From IMG/VR virus record IMGVR_UViG_3300002026_000029, positions 26,796 to 90,795 of that record: 64,000 bases of DNA; one strand, written 5' to 3'. This document shows positions 36,446 through 44,808 of the stretch, piece by piece. A model generated the notes under the pieces. The model saw only the letters and a list, made by a program, of their open reading frames with translations. It did no database searches and was not told the origin of the DNA. A program made the position numbers and the translations under genes. Within the stretch, counting starts at the first letter, position 1. Every line of letters starts with the position of its first letter. This DNA is from a virus.

Positions 36446-37252
36446 CTACTTCGCATTAAAACTTAATTCTGGGTAAACCTCAGCTTCAAATTTAGCTTTA
36501 AGATTAGTTAGGTTTCTATTTGCAGTCTCTGCTTTTATGTACTCCATAATAGATGCAGAAGCATCGTTTATATCGGATAAGAATCTAAGAGCTTTGGCAT
36601 TCCCTGATGCATGAATAGGAGCTGCGATTATTGTATAAAATGGTTTCCAGTCTTCTAATAAGAAATAGGCTTGTGTCATCTTCTCAGTAAATTCAGTACG
36701 GCCTTCAGGATGAAGTTTTTGAGCCATGTATATGTCGTCTTCAGATAGGCTGTGCTCATCAAGTAACCATTCGTGTAGAGCTTTCTTTTTCATTGTTTCA
36801 ATAGATATTGCAGCATCACTCATTTTCTTAGGAAGAGTCCCTGTAGTTTCACATGCACGTTTAAGATTATCAGCTGTTGGCTTACCAAACTTAGCAAGAC
36901 ATACATCCATTAAGGCCATTGCATCCTCAATGTTGTCCGGTATATACTCAGCTGCTGATAGAGATAAGGCAACATAGAATTTAGCTTTTATAGCTTCTAG
37001 TATAGGACGCTTTTGTAAGTATGAGATATACGTTTGTGCTGTTTCAGTTGTGTACCCTAAATCTGGGATAGCTTGATCGAAGCTCTGCTGAGAGAGATTA
37101 GTAAATAGCATGAAGAAGATTTCACCTCTACCATAATTTAACAGTTCCTGTGAAAAAATGTCAACTCGTTGTAGTTGTTCTTTTGCCCACTCTACATCTA
37201 TTATATTGTTTTCAGGGAGAATTACGCCAGTTTCTGTTTTTGATTTACTCAT
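36446..37252 (-). CDS. Hypothetical protein
   Basis: 268-aa ORF with RBS. Confidence 0.65.
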   Translation of the reverse strand: MSKSKTETGVILPENNIIDVEWAKEQLQRVDIFSQELLNYGRGEIFFMLFTNLSQQSFDQAIPDLGYTTETAQTYISYLQKRPILEAIKAKFYVALSLSAAEYIPDNIEDAMALMDVCLAKFGKPTADNLKRACETTGTLPKKMSDAAISIETMKKKALHEWLLDEHSLSEDDIYMAQKLHPEGRTEFTEKMTQAYFLLEDWKPFYTIIAAPIHASGNAKALRFLSDINDASASIMEYIKAETANRNLTNLKAKFEAEVYPELSFNAK

Positions 37253-37503
37253 TGATATTCCTTTGTAACTAATGTACGTATAGTACGTTCAGATAATCCT
37301 GTAGCCAGTTGTGCTGCTTTCAGAAACATCTTGTAAGTGGGAGAAGCTTTTTTAGCTTCACGGAGTATTAGACTTTTACCTTCTTGAATAGAGGTTGAGT
37401 CAAATGGGTTAATTGAGTATGTTTTTTGCTTTATGAAAAAGTAGAGTTGACCGTATGTTAGCTCTTTTGTTGGATAATACGGGGAAGATTTACTATGTAG
37501 CAT
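37249..37503 (-). CDS. Hypothetical protein with C-terminal HTH-like motif
   Basis: QLATGLSERTIRTL. Confidence 0.5.
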   Translation of the reverse strand: MLHSKSSPYYPTKELTYGQLYFFIKQKTYSINPFDSTSIQEGKSLILREAKKASPTYKMFLKAAQLATGLSERTIRTLVTKEYQ

Positions 37504-38103
37504 TTAAGCTCCAATCGTCATACCTGCTACTGAATAAGTAGTTGACTCTACCGCATCTGCATTGTAACGAATAGCCCACTCATTTAAGGTAAACTTATCA
37601 GATGGTGGTGTCATTGGTGTAACTTGACCAGCAATATGGTTAATGCTTACTAATGTTGGTGTGGTAAATTCTTTTAGCTTAGCACGATATGTTGTATTAA
37701 GAATAGTACTAGTGTTACTGTCGAAGATCATAGCTATTTTTTTGATTAGAAAGCTGTAGTCCTCATTAAAAGAACCAGTGCCAGTAAAAACATCTCTACG
37801 GTATGGTGTAAAGAATCTATGGGATAGAATTGCCATGGCTATATCATGTGAAGTATCCATTCCTAGTATAGTAGCTGCAGTTTCAATAGCTTTACGATGA
37901 TCTTCATATGTAATTTTGTTGACACCAGTCTTATGTGCATGTTCTGCTTGACGAGCTACTGTATCTCTATTATACCAAAATATGTTACGATCAAACTTTG
38001 TTATCGTTTCTTCAAACTTACGTTGTGGTCGTGCACCTACTTTCATGAATTGCTGTTCTAAGTGTAAGTCTATTGATGTCATGGTAATCCTTATAGTTTC
38101 CAC
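37504..38103 (-). CDS. Hypothetical protein
   Basis: 199-aa ORF in run. Confidence 0.6.
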   Translation of the reverse strand: METIRITMTSIDLHLEQQFMKVGARPQRKFEETITKFDRNIFWYNRDTVARQAEHAHKTGVNKITYEDHRKAIETAATILGMDTSHDIAMAILSHRFFTPYRRDVFTGTGSFNEDYSFLIKKIAMIFDSNTSTILNTTYRAKLKEFTTPTLVSINHIAGQVTPMTPPSDKFTLNEWAIRYNADAVESTTYSVAGMTIGA

Positions 38104-38549
38104 GGTGCTACGCCCGCTTCTTGTATGATTGCTGGCTTTGCAGCCGCTATGATTGATTCTACTTGCTGTACTGCTACTTTAATGGTGGCTCGCTTTATGT
38201 CTTCTTCAGCATCCTTAATTGCTTTCCTAGCAGCTTTTTCTTCTGCTCGTTGAGCTTTGATAGCAGCTTCCTCATCAAGTGTCTCTACACGAGCTGCTTC
38301 AGTAGATATATAAGCTTGTATTTGTGTTTGAGTTCTACCAAGACCTGGCATTGATATTTTCTTACCAGCTGTTGGAGGTACTTTTAAAGGTACTACAGCT
38401 TCTTTAAGTTGTTGTACTGGTGATTCATCCTGTGAAATGAGTTTAGGCGTTGTAGACACCTGAAACTTACGCTGAAGCTCATCTACAAACCTTAATACAA
38501 TTGACGCATCTAGTGGTGATAGTGTTAGGGTTACTGTTACTGTATTCAT
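38091..38549 (-). CDS. Hypothetical protein, coiled-coil C-terminus
   Basis: A/E/K-rich helix. Confidence 0.6.
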   Translation of the reverse strand: MNTVTVTLTLSPLDASIVLRFVDELQRKFQVSTTPKLISQDESPVQQLKEAVVPLKVPPTAGKKISMPGLGRTQTQIQAYISTEAARVETLDEEAAIKAQRAEEKAARKAIKDAEEDIKRATIKVAVQQVESIIAAAKPAIIQEAGVAPWKL

Positions 38550-38558
38550 TTGGATCCT

Positions 38559-39041
38559 TTATGGTATAAAGTATTGTTTAATACGTTCAAAATTAACTAG
38601 TTCGTAGTTATGCTTTTCAGGACTTACATCAAAGTAGTGCGGGGAATCTAGTATAGAGCGGTGTAAGTGTCCATGAATGTTACCAATACGACCTCGTAGT
38701 TCCTGTGGATGAATTGGACAATGGCTTAACCAATAATTTTTATAAGACCGTAATCCATGTACTTCATTGAAGACTGTTAAGTAGTCTACTATTGGGAGTG
38801 TATCGTGATTACCTAGATATAGGACTTTTTTAGAATGTTGTAGTGCTTTGATTGTAGATAAGTATTCAGGCTCGAAGACTATATCACCAAGGAAGAAAAC
38901 TGTATCACGCTTAGTAACTACTTTATTATAGTTAGTTACTAAGGTGTTTACGTGGTCTTCTATAGTAGAGAACTCAGGTCTATACTTTAAAATTGCTTTA
39001 TGGCCTAAATGCCAATCACTGGTGAAGTACACTTTACTCAT
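38559..39041 (-). CDS. Calcineurin-like phosphoesterase
   Basis: FTSDWHLGH, LGD, GNHD, SHCP, HGHLH. Confidence 0.9.
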   Translation of the reverse strand: MSKVYFTSDWHLGHKAILKYRPEFSTIEDHVNTLVTNYNKVVTKRDTVFFLGDIVFEPEYLSTIKALQHSKKVLYLGNHDTLPIVDYLTVFNEVHGLRSYKNYWLSHCPIHPQELRGRIGNIHGHLHRSILDSPHYFDVSPEKHNYELVNFERIKQYFIP

Positions 39042-39049
39042 ATTAGTCC

Positions 39050-39630
39050 TTATGTTAATTTAGTATATATTAATAGTGCTATAAATAGCACCATTCGTAT
39101 ATACTAATGGTTGCAAGTGTTACGGCACGTGCACACGACTCAAACGTTAATGTCCGATGTGAGTTCTGGACCTCCTTCGTTATCAGCGAAGGCTTAGATT
39201 TATAGTTTGTAGTCTCACATACTATTGCAACTAATTGCTAAAAGAGAGAAGTTTGGTATCTGTTTCACTTCCAAGATATCTACGTTTTACGAACTGTAGA
39301 CTGACGGGACATATTCAGCTGTTCCTCACTATAGAGTTGATAAGACTCATTTAATACTATACGTATAATATTAGATTAATCTTAGAGTACCCATCCATTG
39401 GCAGATTAAGCGTGAAAAGGACTGGCCTATTCTGGGTGCGCTAAGAGCTGGGATGAGTTATTTGTTCGGACTATAATACCGCTGTCTTCATATAGAGTAC
39501 CAGAAAATACTCACAGTTGCTGATGTAACTTATAATTTCGTATTACATTTTAAAAGATTTTCACTTTTACTGAGAAGATTTCCACTTTCACGCTAGTTCA
39601 GCATAGTCAATTATGAAACTAGAATATCCT
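39050..39630 (-). ncRNA. Candidate large pseudoknotted ncRNA (~520 nt core, 39108-39622)
   Basis: ORF-free; multiple stems and two long-range pseudoknot pairings; 3' domain closes with GTTGCAA/TTGCAAC followed by CA. Confidence 0.55.
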
Positions 39631-39912
39631 TTATACGCCCGTTAAACGAACTAATGCATTGGAAATACCTAGTATCAGCATATTAATAATAATACCTAGT
39701 ATACCAAATATAACTAGAAACAGTGTTGTTCCAAATACGCTTAATGTAGTTATTGGTGCAAACCATGCTATTGATAGTAACCCAGTTAGTTTAAGTATCA
39801 GTAGTGCTACAAATACTGTTGGAGCCACTTTCACTGCTACTGCTGATCCTAGTAATGCAAAGAATGCTGTTACACTTACAAGTGCTATAAGTGTTAAGTT
39901 AATGACTTTCAT
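39631..39912 (-). CDS. Small multi-pass membrane protein
   Basis: Almost entirely hydrophobic 93 aa. Confidence 0.6.
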   Translation of the reverse strand: MKVINLTLIALVSVTAFFALLGSAVAVKVAPTVFVALLILKLTGLLSIAWFAPITTLSVFGTTLFLVIFGILGIIINMLILGISNALVRLTGV

Positions 39913-40235
39913 TAAGAAATCCTTGGAACTACTGGTAAGTTTAACTCAGCCATTATACGTGCTGCTTCAGCTTGTGCTTGTGCTAATCTAACTTGACGGT
40001 AGGCTGTATCTACAATTGCGTCACAACGCATATCGTCTATAGGCCCTTGGAGAGCTATTTCAAGGGCTTCTACGCCCTTTGTTGTTATAAGGTTAATACC
40101 CATAAGAGTTGAAGTAATTACTTCTCCTCCAGTGCGTACTGTGCTATCTACTACTACTGCCGCAGTCGCTACAGTTGAGAATGCGATACCTAGTGCCTTG
40201 AATGGTCCAATTGATTTCTGTCTATTGTCGTGCAT
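39912..40235 (-). CDS. Amphipathic early protein, paralog of 49499-49861 (possibly N4 gp1-like)
   Basis: Shared V..GG..V..T...IN.I...G.E...I......D.M..DA.. pattern. Confidence 0.5.
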   Translation of the reverse strand: MHDNRQKSIGPFKALGIAFSTVATAAVVVDSTVRTGGEVITSTLMGINLITTKGVEALEIALQGPIDDMRCDAIVDTAYRQVRLAQAQAEAARIMAELNLPVVPRIS

Positions 40236-40262
40236 TAATTTCCTTTATATGAGTAGGTGGAT

Positions 40263-40342
40263 TGTATACTCAATACAGCCCACTAATGTATTACCTAGGA
40301 GGGATAAATATATTAGTATTTGTGGGCTGTATTGAGTATACA
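40263..40342. repeat. 21-bp perfect inverted repeat forming a long hairpin
   Basis: tgtatactcaatacagcccac (40263-40283) / gtgggctgtattgagtataca (40322-40342). Confidence 0.85.
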
Positions 40343-40443
40343 TCCTGCACAGCGAGATGCAGGATAGGTTTGGTTAGTAATTATAGTTGGGTACTAAATT
40401 ACATTCATCATATGAATACATTGGTTCCTTAAGTTGCTTAATG

Positions 40444-40704
40444 TTATAAGTCTTCAATCTGTATTAGTTCACGTTCTGCTGTAAGATCAGTGATAATACA
40501 TGAGAAGCGTTCGTTGTTAAGTATTTGTGGTAAGAATTCATTAGCCTGAGCAAATGTAATATCTACTACACTATTTGCACCACAAACTTTACGTGCGAAG
40601 TCATCTACAGGGTGAAACCAGCCAACCATTGCACCAGTTTTATTTGACACGATACGTGCAGCGAATTGATTCTTACTTACAGATTGTTGTTGATTAAATG
40701 CCAT
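40444..40704 (-). CDS. Small early protein, paralog family with 44808-45062 and 45250-45501 (possibly N4 gp2-like ssDNA-binding cofactor)
   Basis: MAF...ARIVS.KTG..V.W..P...TD.T.....IEDL. Confidence 0.55.
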   Translation of the reverse strand: MAFNQQQSVSKNQFAARIVSNKTGAMVGWFHPVDDFARKVCGANSVVDITFAQANEFLPQILNNERFSCIITDLTAERELIQIEDL

Positions 40705-40780
40705 TAAATCTCCTTGCCCTATGGGTCTTTTTTATTTTTTTTTGCCTCCAGAATTTTTAGGACTTAGGTTGTCACATTAG

Positions 40781-41005
40781 TTACTTTATGTCGTTTACAG
40801 ATTCTTTTGAAATGATTACTCCATTGTAGGTGATTGTATGAGTTGCTCTTTGTGATAGATCATATAACCATGTGCTGATTTTAGTTTTATACCCTTCTTT
40901 GATAGGTATGACACCTCCAACAAAATGACGGATGGATAGGCTTACTACATTTTGTATCGGCTGTAGTAATTGAACCGGTAAATTATTTACAAGTATTTCA
41001 AACAT
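40781..41005 (-). CDS. Hypothetical protein
   Basis: TAATG-coupled small ORF. Confidence 0.5.
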   Translation of the reverse strand: MFEILVNNLPVQLLQPIQNVVSLSIRHFVGGVIPIKEGYKTKISTWLYDLSQRATHTITYNGVIISKESVNDIK

Positions 41006-41241
41006 TAACGTACACGCACACTATGTACATTACCGATTAGGATAAGGAGTAGCTTTTGGACAATTCCTTGGACAGGATTAAGTACCCATGTTTTATTATC
41101 AAAGGCATATGGAACTGTACGACGCATAGTTGACGTGTACCATCTACCCCATAACATGAAGGTAGTTACTCGTTGACGAGGCTCAAATAGTATCTTACCA
41201 TCTATATATGCATCAATAGCTTCATTTTGTGTTAGGTTCAT
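41005..41241 (-). CDS. Hypothetical protein
   Basis: Small ORF with RBS. Confidence 0.5.
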   Translation of the reverse strand: MNLTQNEAIDAYIDGKILFEPRQRVTTFMLWGRWYTSTMRRTVPYAFDNKTWVLNPVQGIVQKLLLILIGNVHSVRVR

Positions 41242-41663
41242 TGTATTCCTTTATGGTTTAATGGTGGGTAATAACCAGCTCCCTTGCCGGCAACTCTGTG
41301 GGTGACCTCATGACATTTTTTACAGAGAGTACAGAGTGCTTCTGCTTTTTCATTTCCGAGGGTATTGTAATGGATGTGATGAACTTCACAGTCATCAGGA
41401 CTACCACACATACGGCATTGGTGTTTATCTCTGTGGAGAGTAATCAGTCTATTAGGATTATTATACCACTGGACACTACGAATGTATTTGTTGTAGTCTA
41501 TTACTGATACAACCTTTGTTGGTAGTACCCATAGTCTTATAGCTGTTACAAGATCTGATATAGACTTAGTGGGTGTAAATATAGGATTACGAGGTCCTAT
41601 ATCATCGTCAGCAGTTAATACTAAGTAGAGTATAAGCCCTACTACAACTAGTATTACCCACAT
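41238..41663 (-). CDS. HNH endonuclease with N-terminal hydrophobic segment
   Basis: CRMCG....EVHHIHY...G.E....L.TLCKKCH...H. Confidence 0.8.
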   Translation of the reverse strand: MWVILVVVGLILYLVLTADDDIGPRNPIFTPTKSISDLVTAIRLWVLPTKVVSVIDYNKYIRSVQWYNNPNRLITLHRDKHQCRMCGSPDDCEVHHIHYNTLGNEKAEALCTLCKKCHEVTHRVAGKGAGYYPPLNHKGIQ

Positions 41664-42070
41664 TTAGTCTCATTTACTTCTGAAGTGAAAGATGGTGTGG
41701 CACCTATTAAACTCATAGAGTTGTTAATGGCGTGTAGTTGTGTAGATAATTTAATGCACTCATTTACCATATAGTTTGCATCTTTAAATGTTGAGTACTT
41801 AGTGGTATTATGCGTAGTAGTATCCTTATAATGAGCAGCATCAAAGCCTACTACTGTTACATTAGATGCTAAGTTCAGTGGATGTAAGTATGGTTTTTGG
41901 TAGGTAATACCACCGTGTACATCAGAAGTGTAGTATGCTTTTTCAATCTCATTACTTGCCTTAGGAACTATTACATAACCACAATGATGTGAGTCATTTA
42001 CGTATAGCACTACTGCACGGTATCCTTCTTTAGTTGTAAAGTCTTTGACTATTATAGGGTCTTCTAACAT
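41654..42070 (-). CDS. Conserved phage hypothetical protein
   Basis: HCGYV...DVHGGITY...GFDAAHY motif; start MLEDP follows a GAGGA RBS. Confidence 0.65.
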   Translation of the reverse strand: MLEDPIIVKDFTTKEGYRAVVLYVNDSHHCGYVIVPKASNEIEKAYYTSDVHGGITYQKPYLHPLNLASNVTVVGFDAAHYKDTTTHNTTKYSTFKDANYMVNECIKLSTQLHAINNSMSLIGATPSFTSEVNETKCG

Positions 42071-42114
42071 TGTTACTTTCCTCACAAATATAATAAAGTT
42101 TTCTAAGATAATCA

Positions 42115-42273
42115 ATATTACCCGCAATATTTAATCAAAGTTTTATTAATTAAATTGCTTAGTAACATATCATATAACTAGCAATACTACCCGCAACACT
42201 TAATTAAAGCTTTAACCATTTTACATTGTTCAATAGATTACATATATTGTCCATAACATTTAATCAAAGCTTT
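42115..42273 (-). promoter_or_regulatory. Three imperfect 30-bp direct repeats, probable tandem promoters or operators
   Basis: 42115-42144, 42184-42213, 42244-42273; located after terminators and before the middle genes. Confidence 0.5.
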
Positions 42274-42335
42274 CAAATATAGCGAATAGTAATACTAAAA
42301 TAAAAGAGCCTACGAATTAGGCTATCCATTTTAGT

Positions 42336-42365
42336 AAAAAAAAAATAAAGTAGCCCGAAGGCCAC
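42336..42365 (-). terminator. Rho-independent terminator after the RNAP genes
   Basis: GTGGCC-TTCG-GGCTAC hairpin followed by TTTATTTTTTTTTT. Confidence 0.85.
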
Positions 42366-42371
42366 ATAAGA

Positions 42372-43133
42372 TTAACAAATTGCATAGCTGGAAGTAGTTA
42401 ATCCTTTGATAAATTGTTTGTTATCAATGTTGAAGTTCTTATTACAGAATTGTTCAAGGGAACGACTGTTTGAGATTTGCGCAAGACCGTCTAAGAATAG
42501 TTCTCTTACAACTCTCATATTATTTGGGTGACATTGAATATCGTCGTGAATGTGGGCTACTTGGAATGGAGCTTTATCAATTATATTCCTGATTAAGAAT
42601 CCATCGTGTGCGTGTACAAAGTTTGCTACTAGTGGAGTATATACATCTGATGGTGTATTGCTTTCAAAGCGATATGGAAGGTTTAAGCCTTCATTATCTA
42701 GGATACCGTCAATATGCTTAGTTACTTGTATGCGTGCAATGTGCCCGTCTGGAGTAGAGAACTCGTGGTAGAGTGCTGTATTATCCCAACGTTCGTTTAT
42801 TGCTTGCATAACATTAGCAGCACCTGGAAATAAGTCTGTGATGGTATCATAGAAAGCTTGTAGCTCTTGAGTATCTTTGCCAAAGGCATTGATAGGTTCT
42901 TGTCTACTATTGTAGAAGTATGTCATTAGAGGTTGTTTGCAATACGCACGTACTTCTTTGAATGTCATAGAGGCGAATATAGTTGATGTAGGAACTTTCT
43001 GTAGCATTGTTTGTGCTACTAACGAATATGGGTCAGCACGTAGAGTAGTCTCGATATAGTTATCTGGATTACTCTTTAGCTGTCTAATTTCAGCAAGGAT
43101 TTGTGATTTAGTTCTAGTAGTTTTTCGTGTCAT
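42372..43133 (-). CDS. T7/N4-type RNA polymerase II, part 3 (motifs B and C)
   Basis: RADPY, RAYCKQPLMTYFY (motif B), TPDG, ANFVHAHDG, HIHDDIQCHPN (motif C). Confidence 0.9.
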   Translation of the reverse strand: MTRKTTRTKSQILAEIRQLKSNPDNYIETTLRADPYSLVAQTMLQKVPTSTIFASMTFKEVRAYCKQPLMTYFYNSRQEPINAFGKDTQELQAFYDTITDLFPGAANVMQAINERWDNTALYHEFSTPDGHIARIQVTKHIDGILDNEGLNLPYRFESNTPSDVYTPLVANFVHAHDGFLIRNIIDKAPFQVAHIHDDIQCHPNNMRVVRELFLDGLAQISNSRSLEQFCNKNFNIDNKQFIKGLTTSSYAIC

Positions 43134-43147
43134 TAGTATTCCTTATG

Positions 43148-43351
43148 TCATTTAAATAAGCTAAAAGTTATATATCTGTTTGCACTGCATCTATTCTGTC
43201 GTTGTGTAATGCTAGTCCTATTTGGGTGGTATTGAATATCGTCGTGGATGTAGGCTACTTTGAATGGAGCCTTATCAATTATATTCCTGATTAATAATCC
43301 GTCGTATGCGTGTACAAAGTGTACTACTGGTGGAGTAGTTATTCGTGTCAT
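43148..43351 (-). pseudogene. Internally deleted duplicate of RNAP part 3 (RBS/start fused to the motif C region)
   Basis: 43219-43337 matches 42521-42639 (12 mismatches in 119 bp); RBS/start 43342-43364 is identical to 43124-43146. Confidence 0.7.
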
Positions 43352-43384
43352 TAGTATTCCTTATTTAGTTGTGGGTTGGCACTA

Positions 43385-44203
43385 TTATAGTGCGGAGAGT
43401 TCTGCTTTTAATGCAGATAGTCTAGCGTTAGCTTCGTCTGTGTATTCTCTGTGAATGTATGCATTAACATTACAGTTTTTAGCTGTTATTGGGCAACCAC
43501 TCATAGCACTCATACACTGAATTCCTGAGGCTGTGGAGTCTAGGCCAACGTTGTGCCCTATGGGGTTTCCAAGGACAACTCCTTCGTACCACGCAAACAT
43601 TGCTTTGATGAAGAGTTCAGGCTCACTTGCTGTTTTTGCAATGATACTTATGTGGTCTTCTAAGCTGTCTCTAGAAACTTCTGGTGTGAATACTAAGGCT
43701 ATTATTTTGTTAGCTTCATTAATTCGTTTTACCCATATCTCTTTGTCGTAACCTAATTGGTTAGCAATATCTACTTTGAGGTAGAACTTGCCTTCGTCCG
43801 TTAGGAGTTCTTTGTCGTGGAAGTTGAGCATTGCTTTACGGTAAGCATTAGCTTGAGGATTGACGTGGTAGCCTTGTGAGTACATACGTCCACGACTATC
43901 GTACTTCCAACCAAACCAAAATTGGTTACCGTTTTCTAGTAGATAGTCTATGACATCATCAGTTTCTTTTGTACGGAGTATGAATGATTTAATTCGTTCC
44001 TGTTCGTTCAGTGCTGATAGTGGTTCTGTAGTTGGTTTAAGCACATCTGATATTAGGTGTAGTATATCAGTATTAATACTCCAAGAGATTGATTGGAGTT
44101 TGTTTATAGCTGATATATTGATGTATTGACCAACATCATTACCACGACCTAGTATTAAACTATCTTTATCTTTTGTCAGTAAGTGTGACGTAACTCTCTT
44201 CAT
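43385..44203 (-). CDS. T7/N4-type RNA polymerase II, part 2 (DxRGR and motif A)
   Basis: YDSRGRMYSQGYHVNPQ, YLKVDIANQLGYDK, LDSTASGIQ; AGGAG RBS. Confidence 0.9.
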   Translation of the reverse strand: MKRVTSHLLTKDKDSLILGRGNDVGQYINISAINKLQSISWSINTDILHLISDVLKPTTEPLSALNEQERIKSFILRTKETDDVIDYLLENGNQFWFGWKYDSRGRMYSQGYHVNPQANAYRKAMLNFHDKELLTDEGKFYLKVDIANQLGYDKEIWVKRINEANKIIALVFTPEVSRDSLEDHISIIAKTASEPELFIKAMFAWYEGVVLGNPIGHNVGLDSTASGIQCMSAMSGCPITAKNCNVNAYIHREYTDEANARLSALKAELSAL

Positions 44204-44808
44204 TATTTTCTCCTAGGTGCAAATGATAGTGGTTGGACTAACATAGGTGGTAGATATTGGGTGAATTTAATTCGCTTGTATAGCGATAGTGATACACTCA
44301 TAGTTGGTACTATTACAGCAGAGTCTCCGTGAACGGTGATGTGTCCTTGATTTACAGTACGATCTTCTTCCCGTACTATACGAACAGTGTATATACCTAG
44401 GTCATTGAAATGAGCTAGGAGTTCTATACCTGTTTGTACTGCGTCTATTTGGTCGTGGTGTAGTGCTAGTCCTATTTGGGTAGCTACAGCTTGGATAGGT
44501 GCAACTCCTGCATAAGCTACTTCCTTACCTCCACGTATTACTAGTGTTGGTTTTATGAGGATAATGGCTGCTAGTAGGGAGTTTACTAAAAGTACTTTAG
44601 CGTCTTCTAGTCCATAGTACATAGCAATCTCTTCTACTCGTGCTTTTGATGCAAGGTCACTTCGTTCCATTGTGAGGAATAGTTCAGCTCTAGCTAGTAC
44701 TAGTTCTATATCAGAACTTTTTATACTTGCTATTTCATCATATACCCAACTGAGGATATTATGCTTTCCTTTAACAGATTCTGTTAATAATTGTGTAGTA
44801 TAGCTCAT
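44203..44808 (-). CDS. T7/N4-type RNA polymerase II, part 1 (N-terminal region)
   Basis: Ends QYLPPMLVQP, the conserved PMxxxP motif of N4 gp15/T7 RNAP; TAATG-coupled to part 2. Confidence 0.7.
   Translation of the reverse strand: MSYTTQLLTESVKGKHNILSWVYDEIASIKSSDIELVLARAELFLTMERSDLASKARVEEIAMYYGLEDAKVLLVNSLLAAIILIKPTLVIRGGKEVAYAGVAPIQAVATQIGLALHHDQIDAVQTGIELLAHFNDLGIYTVRIVREEDRTVNQGHITVHGDSAVIVPTMSVSLSLYKRIKFTQYLPPMLVQPLSFAPRRK

Noticed and set aside
39050-39630. Group I intron
   Set aside because: The R-like (GAGACTAC) and S-like (TATAGTCC) strings occur in the wrong order on the minus strand, and the flanking ORFs are complete, unrelated genes.
42115-42273. CRISPR array
   Set aside because: Only three imperfect repeats, unequal spacers (39 and 30 nt), no palindromic core and no cas operon.
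42521-43337. RNAP motif-C duplicate as a DGR template/variable repeat pair
   Set aside because: The 12 differences are not adenine-specific on either strand, and no reverse transcriptase is present in the window.
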